A stretch of 63,984 bases of DNA from Octopus bimaculoides. Lineage: Eukaryota. Positions 1 to 11,235 of this stretch are shown here, in pieces (the first letter of the stretch is position 1; each line of letters opens with the position of its first letter). Below the pieces are notes generated by a model, which was not told where the DNA came from, ran no database searches, and saw nothing but the letters and a program-made list of their open reading frames with translations. The stretch covers positions 104,975,303 through 105,039,286 of the forward strand of contig NC_068981.1 in assembly GCF_001194135.2 (NCBI RefSeq), written 5' to 3'. A program made the translations under genes and the position numbers.

Positions 1-259
1 GAGGTGGTGGAGGAGGAGGAGGAGGAGGAGGAGGAGGAAGAGGAAGAGGAAGAGGAGGAGGAGGATATATGTGCAAAACTCAACACTTCATTTCACGTTA
101 TTGCAGTCCACTCAGCTATAGATGAGTAACCAACCCTTCGACGGACTGTTGCAATTTCGGTCGCTTATGCACCTTGGAAAGCAAGTAACCGGCCCAATTA
201 GTTCTAGGAATCGAGACAGTTCTTACTTATAATATATTCTGCACACTTCAAAAAGTTTT

Positions 260-960
260 CTTTTCCTCCATAAATGTAACTCTTCTGTACACTCATTAAA
301 CTTACTAACTCTGAATGCTCATGCTTCTTTCCTTTATAAACTCTTCACGCCAAGATTTGTGTTTTCTCAAACCGCTTTGTTTTAAATTTCCCTCTGAACG
401 CAATTAATTCTTCTCCAATTTTATCAGCCATCAAATAAGCATTTATGCTGATTTCTCTCAGCATCTCAGATTCTATTTCTAAAGAATTGACTTTTGTATT
501 TCTCGAGAGAGTCTCATATTCTTAATATGTTATCTTACATCTTTTCAATTGTAAATCACTGTTCTAATAAGTTGATGTGAAATCTTTAACCATTGGTTGA
601 GAGAAAAAAAAAAGCTATCGTGTCAGATCGATAAACTTACTTTTTTGAGAATATTCAAAATTTGGTCCATATTCATGTTTTTATGTCTCTCATAACTTCT
701 GTTACTTTTCCCATTCTACTTTAAATGCTTAATCGTTATTTTTGCTTCTCGTTACTCGTATCATATTTTTCTCTCCAAATCCTGCAACAACTTCAACTCC
801 TATACCACGTATGAAACGTAACTCTGCGGCTCTCTTTCTTACATCATTTGTTCCTGCAATATTCTAGCCCCAACCCTTTTCAATCTTTCATCAACCACAT
901 CAAATTTACTTGCATCACTGATCTGATTGGTTTAATTGTGCGAATGAAAACACTTCCCTA
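260..960 (-). mobile_element. Highly decayed LINE-like remnant, possibly a CR1/L2 ORF1 SGNH-esterase region
   Basis: Minus strand near 820-860 reads AGTNDVRKRAAELR (GxND block of SGNH esterases) within purine-rich, coding-like sequence; no long ORF. Confidence 0.3.
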
Positions 961-2129
961 ATTGGGCATAATCTTAATAATCGTAATTACGTGACTTATT
1001 CGCTTCATTCTGTTATTAATGTTTGTCATTCTAAGACAGTGAAATTGCAGAAACAGAACTATGCAGGAATGTACGTGTTAAAGCATTTTACTTCGTGTTT
1101 TTTTTCGTTTTAAGATTGAATTACACTATGGTCACATGTTTCTTTAATTACTACAAGATTAATAAAATTAATAGTGCTAGTGTACAAACGATTTTTTTAA
1201 ATGTAAGAATAGAATCTCATTAAGTTGACATAGGCTTAGATATAATTTTATGACTAAGAAGTTCGTTTCACATTCCTGTGGTGATTAAGTAGATGTGTTT
1301 GTGAGTGAGTGTCTATATATATGTTTGTTTGGGAGTATGTGTATGTTTGCTTGTGTGAGTGCATACCGGTGTAAACTGGTGCATCTAGTTGTGGTCGTTT
1401 CCATCAAAAGGTAACTTAGCCAGTCAGTTAGCTAAAATTTAGTTAGGTAAAATGAGTACCGAATTTAAATACTTTGACTAAAACCTATAAAAGAATTATA
1501 ACTACCAGTAACTATGGCAAGATTAGGATGTTCACTTTAAAATCTTTGCAGTTGTTTATGTCTTGTAATGTAATGAATTAATGGAGCTTAAACGGCTAAT
1601 GGAGGTTCTTTACCTTTCAGTACATCAGCGAAATCTATAGCATCACCAAAAGATACTTTGCTTCATTCAATTTGTGTTATTTCCTTCACTTCCATCTTAA
1701 TTACTATTTAACTTCAGATCTCTAACAAATGATTTGTTTGCATTTCATTTCACTGAACTTGATACATCAGAATATTTGTTGAAGATAATTGTTTTGTAGA
1801 CAGTCGACTTGGTATAAATGATAAAAAATAAATAAATGAATAAAATCCAGATGTGATACATTCCAAGATCGAGGTCGGAATATTAAGGATTGTTGAAGTC
1901 AATAATCTGATTAAAACGAGAGGAGGCTCTAAGTTATTGCAAAGCCGAATGCACGGATGTTAGCCGTAACAGCTTTGAAGTTTATGGTTTATGATCATAT
2001 CTTTCTTGAAAAACGAAACTTGTCATAAACATTCTTTCCTATCATAAATGCGTCTTCTAATTACTGTGAAAATTGAAATGTAACCCGTAATTATATGCCA
2101 TAACACAAATGAAGATAGAACAATGACAC

Positions 2130-2222
2130 ACACATACATATTAAATACATACATAGTTATACATACATACATAGTTATACATACATACATAGTTATACAT
2201 GCATACATACAAGCATACATAA
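2130..2222. repeat. TACA-based minisatellite (ATACATACATAGTT-like unit)
   Basis: Direct reading of tandem units. Confidence 0.85.
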
Positions 2223-2260
2223 CTATACGATTTCTTGTTTGTATTTGTTTTAATCCTTAA

Positions 2261-2457
2261 TGTCGGTTTGTTATAACGCCACTTCGGTATAGCAGTATAG
2301 TTGGTTAGACCAGTAAGACACGACTATCTATAACCGTCTACGTTGTACCCTTTCTTTATACTGATCGATGTCACCTTATTTATAGCGACTAGCACATACT
2401 ACTCGTCATGTGGGAGGAATGTACCATTATTACTATTATCCCCACATTTCTCCTTTT
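2261..2457 (-). mobile_element. Probable 3' LTR plus polypurine tract of the Gypsy element
   Basis: Minus strand: AAAAGGAGAAA (2447-2457) then TGTGGGG at 2446, an internal TATAAA, and a possible CCGACA end at 2261; lies just downstream of the integrase. Confidence 0.45.
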
Positions 2458-2649
2458 AGTTTTTCTTTTTTTTCTTAGGGAGTGTCATTTTATTTCTTTT
2501 AATAGTAATATTTTTTATATATCTCCACCTCCCTTTTTAGGGTTTCTTTTTCTTAGTTACACATTTAATATTTTTTTCCTTTTGGCATCCATTCTCAGGA
2601 ACTCCGTACATTTTCTTTTTCTTACTCTTGTGATTCTAGGTTCAATCAC

Positions 2650-3750
2650 CTGTAGAGGCGTTGGTACTTGAAAAGTATCATATTACCATTCCATTGGTTC
2701 TTCCATTCTCTTTGATTCGCTCTCAACGAATCTTCTTTTTTTTTTCAGTTGGTTCATGTGTCTCTTGTATACGCCCCTTTTCTACTTTTTACCAAGTATA
2801 CCATTTTTCCTATTCGTTTGGTAATCACGGCATCTTCCCAGCTCTGTTTTCCATTCTTATATGCCCTCACAAACATCTTTTCCCCAATTTTGAAAAATCT
2901 TGCTGTATTTTCCCTTGCAATTTTTCTTTTCTCGCCCGGTAGCAATTTGTCGGAGACTGATTTTATTTTCCTCACAACCATCAGCTCCGCTAGTGACATA
3001 CCTGCTGGTGTATTTGGATTTGGTGTCACTTTCTTATTCAACTTTATTAGGGTTCTCTTGATCGTATCGAAAAAGCGTCAGGTGTGAGAAGGTATGATGC
3101 TGTAGTTACATGTTCTACAGCGAACGTTTTACAGAATTATTTAAATTCAAAAGACATCATTTGCGTTCCATTGTCAGAGACTATCGCGTCTGGGATGCCA
3201 AATCTCGCAAACAGCTCATGTAAAAAATTTGTCACAGTTGAAGAGGTTAGTTTTTTTACACTTACAAATTTCTGGCCATTTAGAGAAACTATCAGCTACC
3301 ACGAAGTAGTACGAAGCGTTCGAAGGACCAGCGAAATCGATGTGTAGTCTCGACCACAGAACATCTACTTTTGGCCAAGGTTCACTTTTTATCGTCGGTA
3401 ATTTTGCTGCTAGAGCACATCCTGTACAGCCTTTCACTAAATTTTCGATTTCTCTATCCATTTTTGGCCAGCACTCGTAGCTACGCATTAAAGCTTTCAT
3501 CCTCGAAATACCAAGATATCCAACGTGAAATTCCCTCAACATTTTCTTTTGTAGTGTTTCAGGTATCACTACTTTTTGCGCATACATCAGCAGGCCATCA
3601 CAAATTGAGTATAGGGTTAAGATTTGGTTTCGTTTCGCACCAATCCTATTCCTATTCACTTTTCCTGACCACAGTGTTCTTTTCACTTCTGTTATGAACT
3701 TGTCCTTTACCGCATTTCGCTTTAAATTTTCTAGGGTTACCGGTAACTTA
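2650..3750 (-). mobile_element. Ty3/Gypsy LTR-retrotransposon integrase remnant (K02A2.6-like), frameshifted
   Basis: LPVTLE; zinc-binding region FHVGYLGISRMK...CTGC; RLHIDFAGP; DSFSKWPE; LFARFGIPDAIVSDNGTQ (catalytic D); C-terminal part in ORF 2754-3041. Confidence 0.93.
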
Positions 3751-4192
3751 TAATATGATATAATCATACTATAAAAAGTTATAATATAATATAATGTAAC
3801 ATAATATAACAAATAATTAAAACAAATATATATCCTACAATTTGTTTCGATTCATATCCACTAGTGAATTTATGAAAAATTCACATTTATGTATATGAAT
3901 CTCGTCAGGGTAATATTTTTCTAAAAAAATAGGCAAAACTTTCATGCAAGACGGCTAAATCATAAAATAGAGTCTATTTTATGATTCAGCAGTTTTGCAT
4001 GAAAGTTTTGTCTATATTTTAGACAAATATTACCCTGACGAGAATCCTATACATAAATGTGAAATTTTTTCTAAATTCATTATTGGAAATGAATCGAAAC
4101 AAATTGTAAAATATATATTTATATTAATCATTCGTTATAGATTATATTATATTATATCTTTTTATAGTATAATTATATTATATTATAATGTT
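3750..4192. repeat. Foldback/hairpin element of at least ~440 bp, centred at 3972
   Basis: CATAAAATAGA-G-TCTATTTTATG centre; arms match outward (e.g. ACAATTTGTTTCGATTCAT / ATGAATCGAAACAAATTGT); right arm runs into a gap. Confidence 0.9.
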
Positions 4193-4651
4193 NNNNNNNN
4201 NNNNNNNNNNNNNNNNNNNNNNNNNNNNNNNNNNNNNNNNNNNNNNNNNNNNNNNNNNNNNNNNNNNNNNNNNNNNNNNNNNNNNNNNNNNNNNNNNNNN
4301 NNNNNNNNNNNNNNNNNNNNNNNNNNNNNNNNNNNNNNNNNNNNNNNNNNNNNNNNNNNNNNNNNNNNNNNNNNNNNNNNNNNNNNNNNNNNNNNNNNNN
4401 NNNNNNNNNNNNNNNNNNNNNNNNNNNNNNNNNNNNNNNNNNNNNNNNNNNNNNNNNNNNNNNNNNNNNNNNNNNNNNNNNNNNNNNNNNNNNNNNNNNN
4501 NNNNNNNNNNNNNNNNNNNNNNNNNNNNNNNNNNNNNNNNNNNNNNNNNNNNNNNNNNNNNNNNNNNNNNNNNNNNNNNNNNNNNNNNNNNNNNNNNNNN
4601 NNNNNNNNNNNNNNNNNNNNNNNNNNNATATATATATATATATATATATAC

Positions 4652-4916
4652 TGTTGTATCGTAGTTACGATATATGATGTGTGTGAGTGTAACAATATAT
4701 CACAGTACCAAATATACCCGTATAACAATAAGCAATGTAACAAGTGTCGGTTATCTTATAACCGTTCGCAAAAAAACAACCCAATACTCTAACGCAGAAT
4801 TAATAACGAGACTAACGCTCTCACAGTCGATCTCAATTAACTACTGGTTCATCTGTTTATAAGACTCGTCCAGTCTACCAACAGTCACGTTTGGGATGTC
4901 AGTTCACTCCACAACA
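4652..4916 (-). mobile_element. Solo LTR (265 bp)
   Basis: TGTTGT...ACAACA termini flanked by a 5-bp TATAC direct repeat (4647-4651, 4917-4921). Confidence 0.85.
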
Positions 4917-5220
4917 TATACAGAGAGAGAGAGAGAACTATATACATTTATAGAGATATACATATATACATACATGCATACATACAGTTCTTCAATCGAC
5001 AGCTGATTAATGAAATGTTCAGTAGTGCAGTATTTGATATATGCACATACTGATATATTCACTCTCTCTCCCTCTCTCTGTCTCTCTTTCACACACACAC
5101 ACACATACACACAAATATACATCCATCCATTCATCCATCCATTCATCCATACATATATACATACATAATGCATACATACTTAACATACATACATACATAC
5201 ATACATACATACATACAAAT

Positions 5221-5340
5221 AAAAAATACCCTGTTGTTGATGTTGGAATTCCAATGAAGGAGCTTTGGATCTAGGTTAGAAACCGATTCTTTCTCTATTG
5301 GCTAGAAATTTTTAAATAAACTGAATAATGGCATATATAC
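5221..5340 (+). repeat. ~120-bp dispersed repeat following (TACA)n; second copy at 61912-62035 (-)
   Basis: ACCCTGTTGTTGATG..TTCCAATGAA..TTGGATCTA.GTTAGAAACCG.TTCTTTCTCTATTGGC..AAATAAACTGAAT.ATGGCAT shared by both copies. Confidence 0.9.
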
Positions 5341-6388
5341 ACACGCATATACGTGTGTCAGTGTTGGGATGATAATTATGCAGAGAGCCTATGCCAGAGC
5401 ACTCGCGTATGAACGGATCTATGTTTGTGTGTGTGTGATTGAGAAACTAATGCAGCCGAATCAAGGAAAAGCTGTCATTCTATGGTGAATTCCAGAAGAT
5501 TTATTCTGTAGCCTCTCTCTATATATATATATATATTATATTATATTATATTATATTATATAAAAGCCGTTGGAAAACAGATTTTAGCAGCGACTCCATC
5601 TAAAAATATCTGAAGAAGGAATTGTATTCCGAAATATCATCGGACTATAGATAACCAAATTACAACAGGTGTATAGTCCATTTTTTGTATTATAGTGCAT
5701 TGTTGTACCAGTCAAAACTTTTTATTCTTTACAACCAATGCACAATGCTTCAAGCGAACTACAATACTATCTTATATTATATTATATCTTTTTATAGGAG
5801 GGGGGAGGGGGAGCAAATGGAGGGGNNNNNNNNNNNNNNNNNNNNNNNNNNNNNNNNNNNNNNNNNNNNNNNNNNNNNNNNNNNNNNNNNNNNNNNNNNN
5901 NNNNNNNNNNNNNNNNNNNNNNNNNNNNNNNNNNNNNNNNNNNNNNNNNNNNNNNNNNNNNNNNNNNNNNNNNNNNNNNNNNNNNNNNNNNNNNNNNNNN
6001 NNNNNNNNNNNNNNNNNNNNNNNNNNNNNNNNNNNNNNNNNNNNNNNNNNNNNNNNNNNNNNNNNNNNNNNNNNNNNNNNNNNNNNNNNNNNNNNNNNNN
6101 NNNNNNNNNNNNNNNNNNNNNNNNNNNNNNNNNNNNNNNNNNNNNNNNNNNNNNNNNNNNNNNNNNNNNNNNNNNNNNNNNNNNNNNNNNNNNNNNNNNN
6201 NNNNNNNNNNNNNNNNNNNNNNNNNNNNNNNNNNNNNNNNNNNNNNNNNNNNNNNNNNNNNNNNNNNNNNNNNNNNNNNNNNNNNNNNNNNNNNNNNNNN
6301 NNNNNNNNNNNNNNNNNNNNNNNNNNNNNNNNNNNNNNNNNNNNNNNNNNNNNNNNNNNNNNNNNNNNNNNNNNNNNNNNNNNNNNNN

Positions 6389-6455
6389 GGAGGTTAGATG
6401 AAGCGGGGAGGAGGTTAGATGAAGCGGGGAGGAGGTTAGATGAAGCGGGGAGGAG
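6389..6455. repeat. 21-bp GC-rich minisatellite (GGAGGTTAGATGAAGCGGGGA), at least 3 copies, running into a gap
   Basis: Direct reading. Confidence 0.9.
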
Positions 6456-6595
6456 AGTTGAGCCCATGTGGCGCAAAAGAGCGAAGAGAAGATTATACGC
6501 ACAGACACACACACAAACACATCTATATATGTTTTTAAATGATTGATACGGAAGTGCGTATATATGTATATATACACAAATATATATATATTGTA

Positions 6596-6644
<49 letters not shown>

Positions 6645-6859
6645 GCACACACAATTTCAGGCATGTTAATTGCTTAGGCTGTATAATTTCGCAATTTGTT
6701 CATTGTACATATTAATTGCATTGTAGCTAGACAAGATTAGTTACAATAGTATTAGTTACAACATTTATTTTGCCTGAGATGGCGAACATAACCTTGCAAT
6801 GTTTGGCAGGAAGAAAAGCGTTCTTAATCGTAACTTCGTTTACTAAAATTATCAAACTT

Positions 6860-7040
6860 TGTTATTGTTGTTGATATTGTTGTAGATGGTAGTGGTGGTG
6901 ATAGGCGTTGTCGTTGTGTAGTGGTGGTGTTGTTCTTCATAGCGTTGCTGCTATTGTTGTTGCTAGCAGCGGCGGCGGCGGCGGCGGTGGTAGTGGTGGC
7001 GGCGGCGGCGGTGGTAGTGGCGGCGGCGGCGGCGGCGGTT
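6860..7040. repeat. (TTG)n/(GGT)n/(GCG)n trinucleotide complex
   Basis: Direct reading. Confidence 0.9.
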
Positions 7041-7074
7041 AACCTGTTCCTACTTTTACATGACAAAATAAAAT

Positions 7075-7849
7075 ATCTTTTATCTTTTACTTGTTTCAGT
7101 CATTAGACTGTGGACATGCAGGGGCACCGCCTTGAATGAATTGACTCCAGCACTTTTTTTTTTCTAAAGCCTAGTACATATTCTATCGATCTCTTTGCCG
7201 AGCCGCTAAGTTACAGGGACATAAACACACTGACACTGGTTGTCAAACGGTGGTGGGGCACAAACAAACACACAAAGACACACACACATATATATAAATT
7301 ATTAAGGTGGCTATTCGCAATTTACAACTAAGAGGCACAAGTGCAGTCGTCACCAACATTGCTAGATATAAGAGTTAAAACAACTCTTAGCTACGTGAGA
7401 GCACTTTTCTAACAACTGACTGACAAGGGCGACAAGCTCCCTACGGCAAGAGATACGGAGTTATATGAGCGCTGATTTCATATTTGATTAATCTTCATCG
7501 GTGATCCATTACTCCACCGCCGAATGTTAATGAACTTAACTTACCCTGTTAGCCTTATAGAGATCACCATAAGAAACATTGACTGATTTCGGAAATGGTA
7601 AAGTAAGTATTATGAATTCTTAAGGTGGCTATTTGCAATTTACAACAGAAAGGTCACAAGTATAGTCGTCCCTGAAGTGACGGTGAATGGTAGTCAGCAA
7701 CAGCATTGTCAGAAATAAGAGTCAAAACAACTCTTAGCCACGTAAGAACACTTTTCTAACGACTGACAAGGAACGAGTGTCAAACTAATACAACTGCTTG
7801 TTCTTCATACTCCTGTCTTATTCTTTTGTTTTTCTGTAAATTTCAACTG

Positions 7850-7925
<76 letters not shown>

Positions 7926-8132
7926 AAGATAGATTCTCACACAAACACACACACATATACGACGGGCTTCTTCCATTTTCTGTCAATCAAATCCACTCAA
8001 AAAAGGCTTTGGTCGGCCTGAAGCTTATAGTAGAAGACACTTGCCCAAGGTACTATGCAGTGGGAATGAACCCGGAACCTAGAACCATGTGGTTGGGAAG
8101 AAAACTTCTTGCCACACAGCCCCGCCTGCGCC
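7075..8132 (-). mobile_element. tRNA-type SINE family A, split by a ~650-bp insertion in its internal microsatellite
   Basis: Tail at 7075-7295 and head at 7955-8132 (GGCGCAGG.GGCTGTGTGG..AAG...CCGGGTTCA.TCCCACTGC) match the intact copy at 38655-39070. Confidence 0.85.
7301..7850 (-). mobile_element. Penelope-like terminal remnant with two ~140-155-bp direct repeats
   Basis: 7302-7436 and 7620-7775 share TTAAGGTGGCTATT.GCAATTTACAAC...AAAACAACTCTTAGC.ACGT..CACTTTTCTAAC; 7774-7845 is the reverse complement of 21078-21150. Confidence 0.55.
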
Positions 8133-8172
8133 TTGCCAGCTCGACATACTCTTAATATATTAACTGAAGTTA

Positions 8173-8582
8173 AGGCGGCGATCTGGTAGAATCGTTAGCA
8201 CGCCAGGCAAAATACTTGACCGCATTTCGACCATCTTTACGTTCTGAGGACAAATTCTGTCGTGGTCGACTTTGCCTGTCATCCTTTCGGGGTCGATAAA
8301 ATTAGTACCAGTTGATCACTAGGGTTGGTGTAATCGATTTTCCCCCACCTCCGAAATTGCTGGCCTTATGCCCAAATTTGAAAGAAATATATTAACTGAA
8401 GTTGAAGGAGGCGAGCTAGAACCGTTCTGCATTTCTTCTGACTCTTTACGTTCTGAGTTCAAATTCCGCCGAGGTCGACTTTGTCTTCCATCCTTTCGTG
8501 GTCGACAAAATAAACTGTCAACTGAGCACTGGGATCGATATAATCGACTTAACCAATCGCCTTGTGCCAAAATGTGAAACCA
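8173..8582 (+). mobile_element. Two tandem copies of tRNA-type SINE family B
   Basis: GGCGGCGA.CTGG.AGAATCGTTAGC head, GTTCTGAGTTCAAATTCC B-box-like motif, GGTCGACTTTG.CT.TCATCCTTTCG body. Confidence 0.9.
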
Positions 8583-8719
8583 ATATATCAACTGAATTTG
8601 AATAGTTTAGCACCAACATAATGACAACCCATAGTGTTTTAATTTTATTAAAGCGTGCAAGAAGACGACTAACCCTTCCCATCTTATGGAAAATTAGTTA
8701 ATCTTTGTGTTTGGCTCCA

Positions 8720-8880
8720 GGTCAGTTCTGATCAAGCTGAACTATGAGCAAAAGCATTTCATTTCTAACCATACTAGTTTTCATTTAAACGTCGTGTGTC
8801 TAGGGTCATATTATCCAATGTATCGGTCTTTTTTTTTTTAAGACAGTGATTTAATTTAATGGAAATGTAACTGTAAATTA
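8720..8880. mobile_element. Diverged short repeat (family D); similar remnants near 52890-53060, 53330-53430, 54450-54520 and 55950-56160
   Basis: Shared TTAAGACAG / GCTATTTCTAG-like blocks, recognised by eye. Confidence 0.45.
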
Positions 8881-9559
8881 ATCACAGAGAAGCTGACTGA
8901 CTGGATTGTAGAAAAAAATTGTCAAAAAACTTGGAAAATTTCATTTACGATAATAAATTGTTAGTGTTTTAATAATATCGATAGTAAAATACGTTTTTAT
9001 CAACAACACATAAAACTCAATAGGATTTTTATTGATATAAACATATACTGCTTTAGGAAAAAAAAAACAACTTTGTTTGGTCTGTGACATACATTTCCCA
9101 TAAAGAAGATATTAGCAGCCTAAATGAATTAACTTCAATTGTGACCAGAAAGCTATTATTAACTTCGAGTAATGATTACTTTCACGAATGCCAGACACCT
9201 TACTAATTCCTCTAGATAGCTTTAGCATTTTATCATCTTATGATAATACTATATATAGTGGTACCATGAGTATCATAACTCTCTTCTATAATTATTGTAA
9301 TGCAAGTATATCTATATATGTAACCAAAAATATAAACAACTTTTTAGATCACTGTAAATTACACTATAATCTTAAAATGTTCAATTTTGATGTATTTTAA
9401 TAAAATACATTAAATATATAAAAATATAATAGACATATATGGGTAGAAAAACTATATCGATGTATAAAAATATATTAGCATCTTAAAAGGTATATATTGA
9501 AGACATCGTTCTACTTAGAGATTAAAAGCGTTGTTAAAAACATATTTTAAAATATTAAA

Positions 9560-10600
9560 AAATAATAGTTTAAATCCTCACGAAAAAGTGAATAAAGAAA
9601 TATTTAAGCATCCAGATGGAAGGTAGAATTTCCAATGATTAGATGGAGGTACTCCAATTTCAAGAATTAAGTGGTGGTACTCCGACGGCCGTTTGAAGAG
9701 TACAGTAATCTATGCAAATAAAGGATGTTCCTATTCAAATTTTTTAAGACACTGCCTCCTTCATCAGAAAGAATATATTTGTTAAGGATTCACATCTCAT
9801 AATTATTAAATGGGTGTTTGGTTTTATACGGAACTATACGTGTTAGCAGGAAGAGGAAATGTTATAGCAAGAATTTTGAGAAGTAAATTTAAGAAATATG
9901 GTAGATTATAAATAATTAATAATTCACTAAGAGAAAGGTAAGGTGTAGGGTGCAAGTATAAATATTAGGTGGAATGCAACCAATTACAGAGTTTAATGAT
10001 CAATCTATCCAGATTGATCAAAATGCTTAAATGTTGAATGGCATCTATGGTTACAAGAGTACATAGCATCCGTGAACTTATTCAGTAATCTAGAGTTATA
10101 TCGACAGAGAATATTTATAGATTCTTAAATACATAGTCTACATACACGCGTAATCGTATTATACGGTGCGGCTTCTGCTATTATAGACCAAGATAATGAA
10201 TATTGTATGTTCTTTAGCTTAAGTTCGTGTATATATGTGGCTAGCGTTGTTATGAATTTATATTTTAAGTTGGTAAAAGAATTCAAATGAGCGCTATAGC
10301 GACGCTTAAAATCAATAGTACTTTCTATATAAACCCTTACCCTCTGTGTGGAAGGTAACTCTATACAGCACTTATAAACTACATTTCTGCACAGGCAAGA
10401 TCCAGCAAGTGAGCATGAGTGACAATTACATGTTTTTCTTCTTGAATCAGCATTAATCTTCCGTTTAACTGCGGTCAGAGTACCCTCAACTGGTAGGAAG
10501 TGGCCAGGCGTATTATTTTTATCATAACTGGTATTAGATTTTTAGTTATGGGGAGTAATAAAAGGATTTGAGTTGGTAGACTTCTTAAGAAAGAAACACA
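9560..10600 (-). mobile_element. Penelope-like element: GIY-YIG endonuclease remnant plus 3' region
   Basis: ATG-less minus frame: TCNCHSCSLAGSCLCRNVVYKCCI...RVYIESTIDFKRRYSAHLNSF...TLATYIHELK; after a frameshift SWSIIAEAAPYNTITRVCRLC...LLNK...CNH; typical PLE GIY-YIG layout. Confidence 0.88.
9678..9775 (-). ncRNA. Type I hammerhead-ribozyme fold, probably inactive (G12C)
   Basis: CUGAUGA; stem II AGGAG-GCAGUG/UACUGU-A-CUCUU; CAAAC-GGCC-GUC; weak stem I CUUU/GGAG. Confidence 0.65.
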
Positions 10601-11025
10601 CGCACACACACACACACAAAGAAAAGGAAAGAACGAGGAGGAAAAGCGAGGAAGGAAAGAAAAGGTAAGAGTCAAGGAATATTTTTTAAACAAAGTAAAC
10701 AACAGGCTGTACGCGGTGCGCTGCATAGATAAATCAATTGTAGGACAGAAAGAACACAACAAGCAGAAATCCAACAAAAAACAACGTACGGAAAAATAGA
10801 CGATAACATAACAAACGGGAAACTGGAGAAAAGCAAGACACACGAACCATTCGCAGCCAATTTTCTCATCAGTGTCCAGAATCAAAGCCGTTTCGCGCTT
10901 TTTTTTTACCCCTGAGTCCGCGCAAATCTGGCGAGTGCCAGAACATTAAGTTAAAAGCATTGAGCTTCTGGGAAAAGCAAACGAATATATATATTTAGAT
11001 ATGCNNNNNNNNNNNNNNNNNNNNN

Positions 11026-11080
<55 letters not shown>

Positions 11081-11089
11081 TGTACGACG

Positions 11090-11235
11090 GAGTCTTGCAC
11101 AGTTTCCGGCTCCCAAATTCGCACACAAAGCATGGTTAACACGGAGCTATAATTGAAAGCACTTTTCCGAAGGGCTGCGCAGTAGGACTGCACCGGAAAC
11201 CACGCGATTACGAAGCGAACTTTTTAACTACAATG
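11090..11235 (-). mobile_element. Old SINE family A head fragment
   Basis: GTGGTTTCCGGTGCAGTCCTACTGCGCAGCCC...GGAAACTG..AAGAC.CCGTCGTA aligns with family A. Confidence 0.7.

Noticed and set aside
6824-7106. Poly-Ala/Thr or signal-like ORFs
   Set aside because: Products of (GCG)n/(TTG)n repeats running into a SINE tail.
7465-7505. CCGAUGA...GAAAUC hammerhead-like motif on the minus strand
   Set aside because: Core mismatched and stems II/III do not pair convincingly.
7301-7775. Repeat-spacer-repeat resembling CRISPR
   Set aside because: Only two repeats, about 140 bp long and diverged, in a eukaryotic context with no cas genes.
10300-10540. Apparent Cys-rich host exon with a GTAAGG donor
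   Set aside because: The frame continues through the donor as Penelope GIY-YIG sequence.
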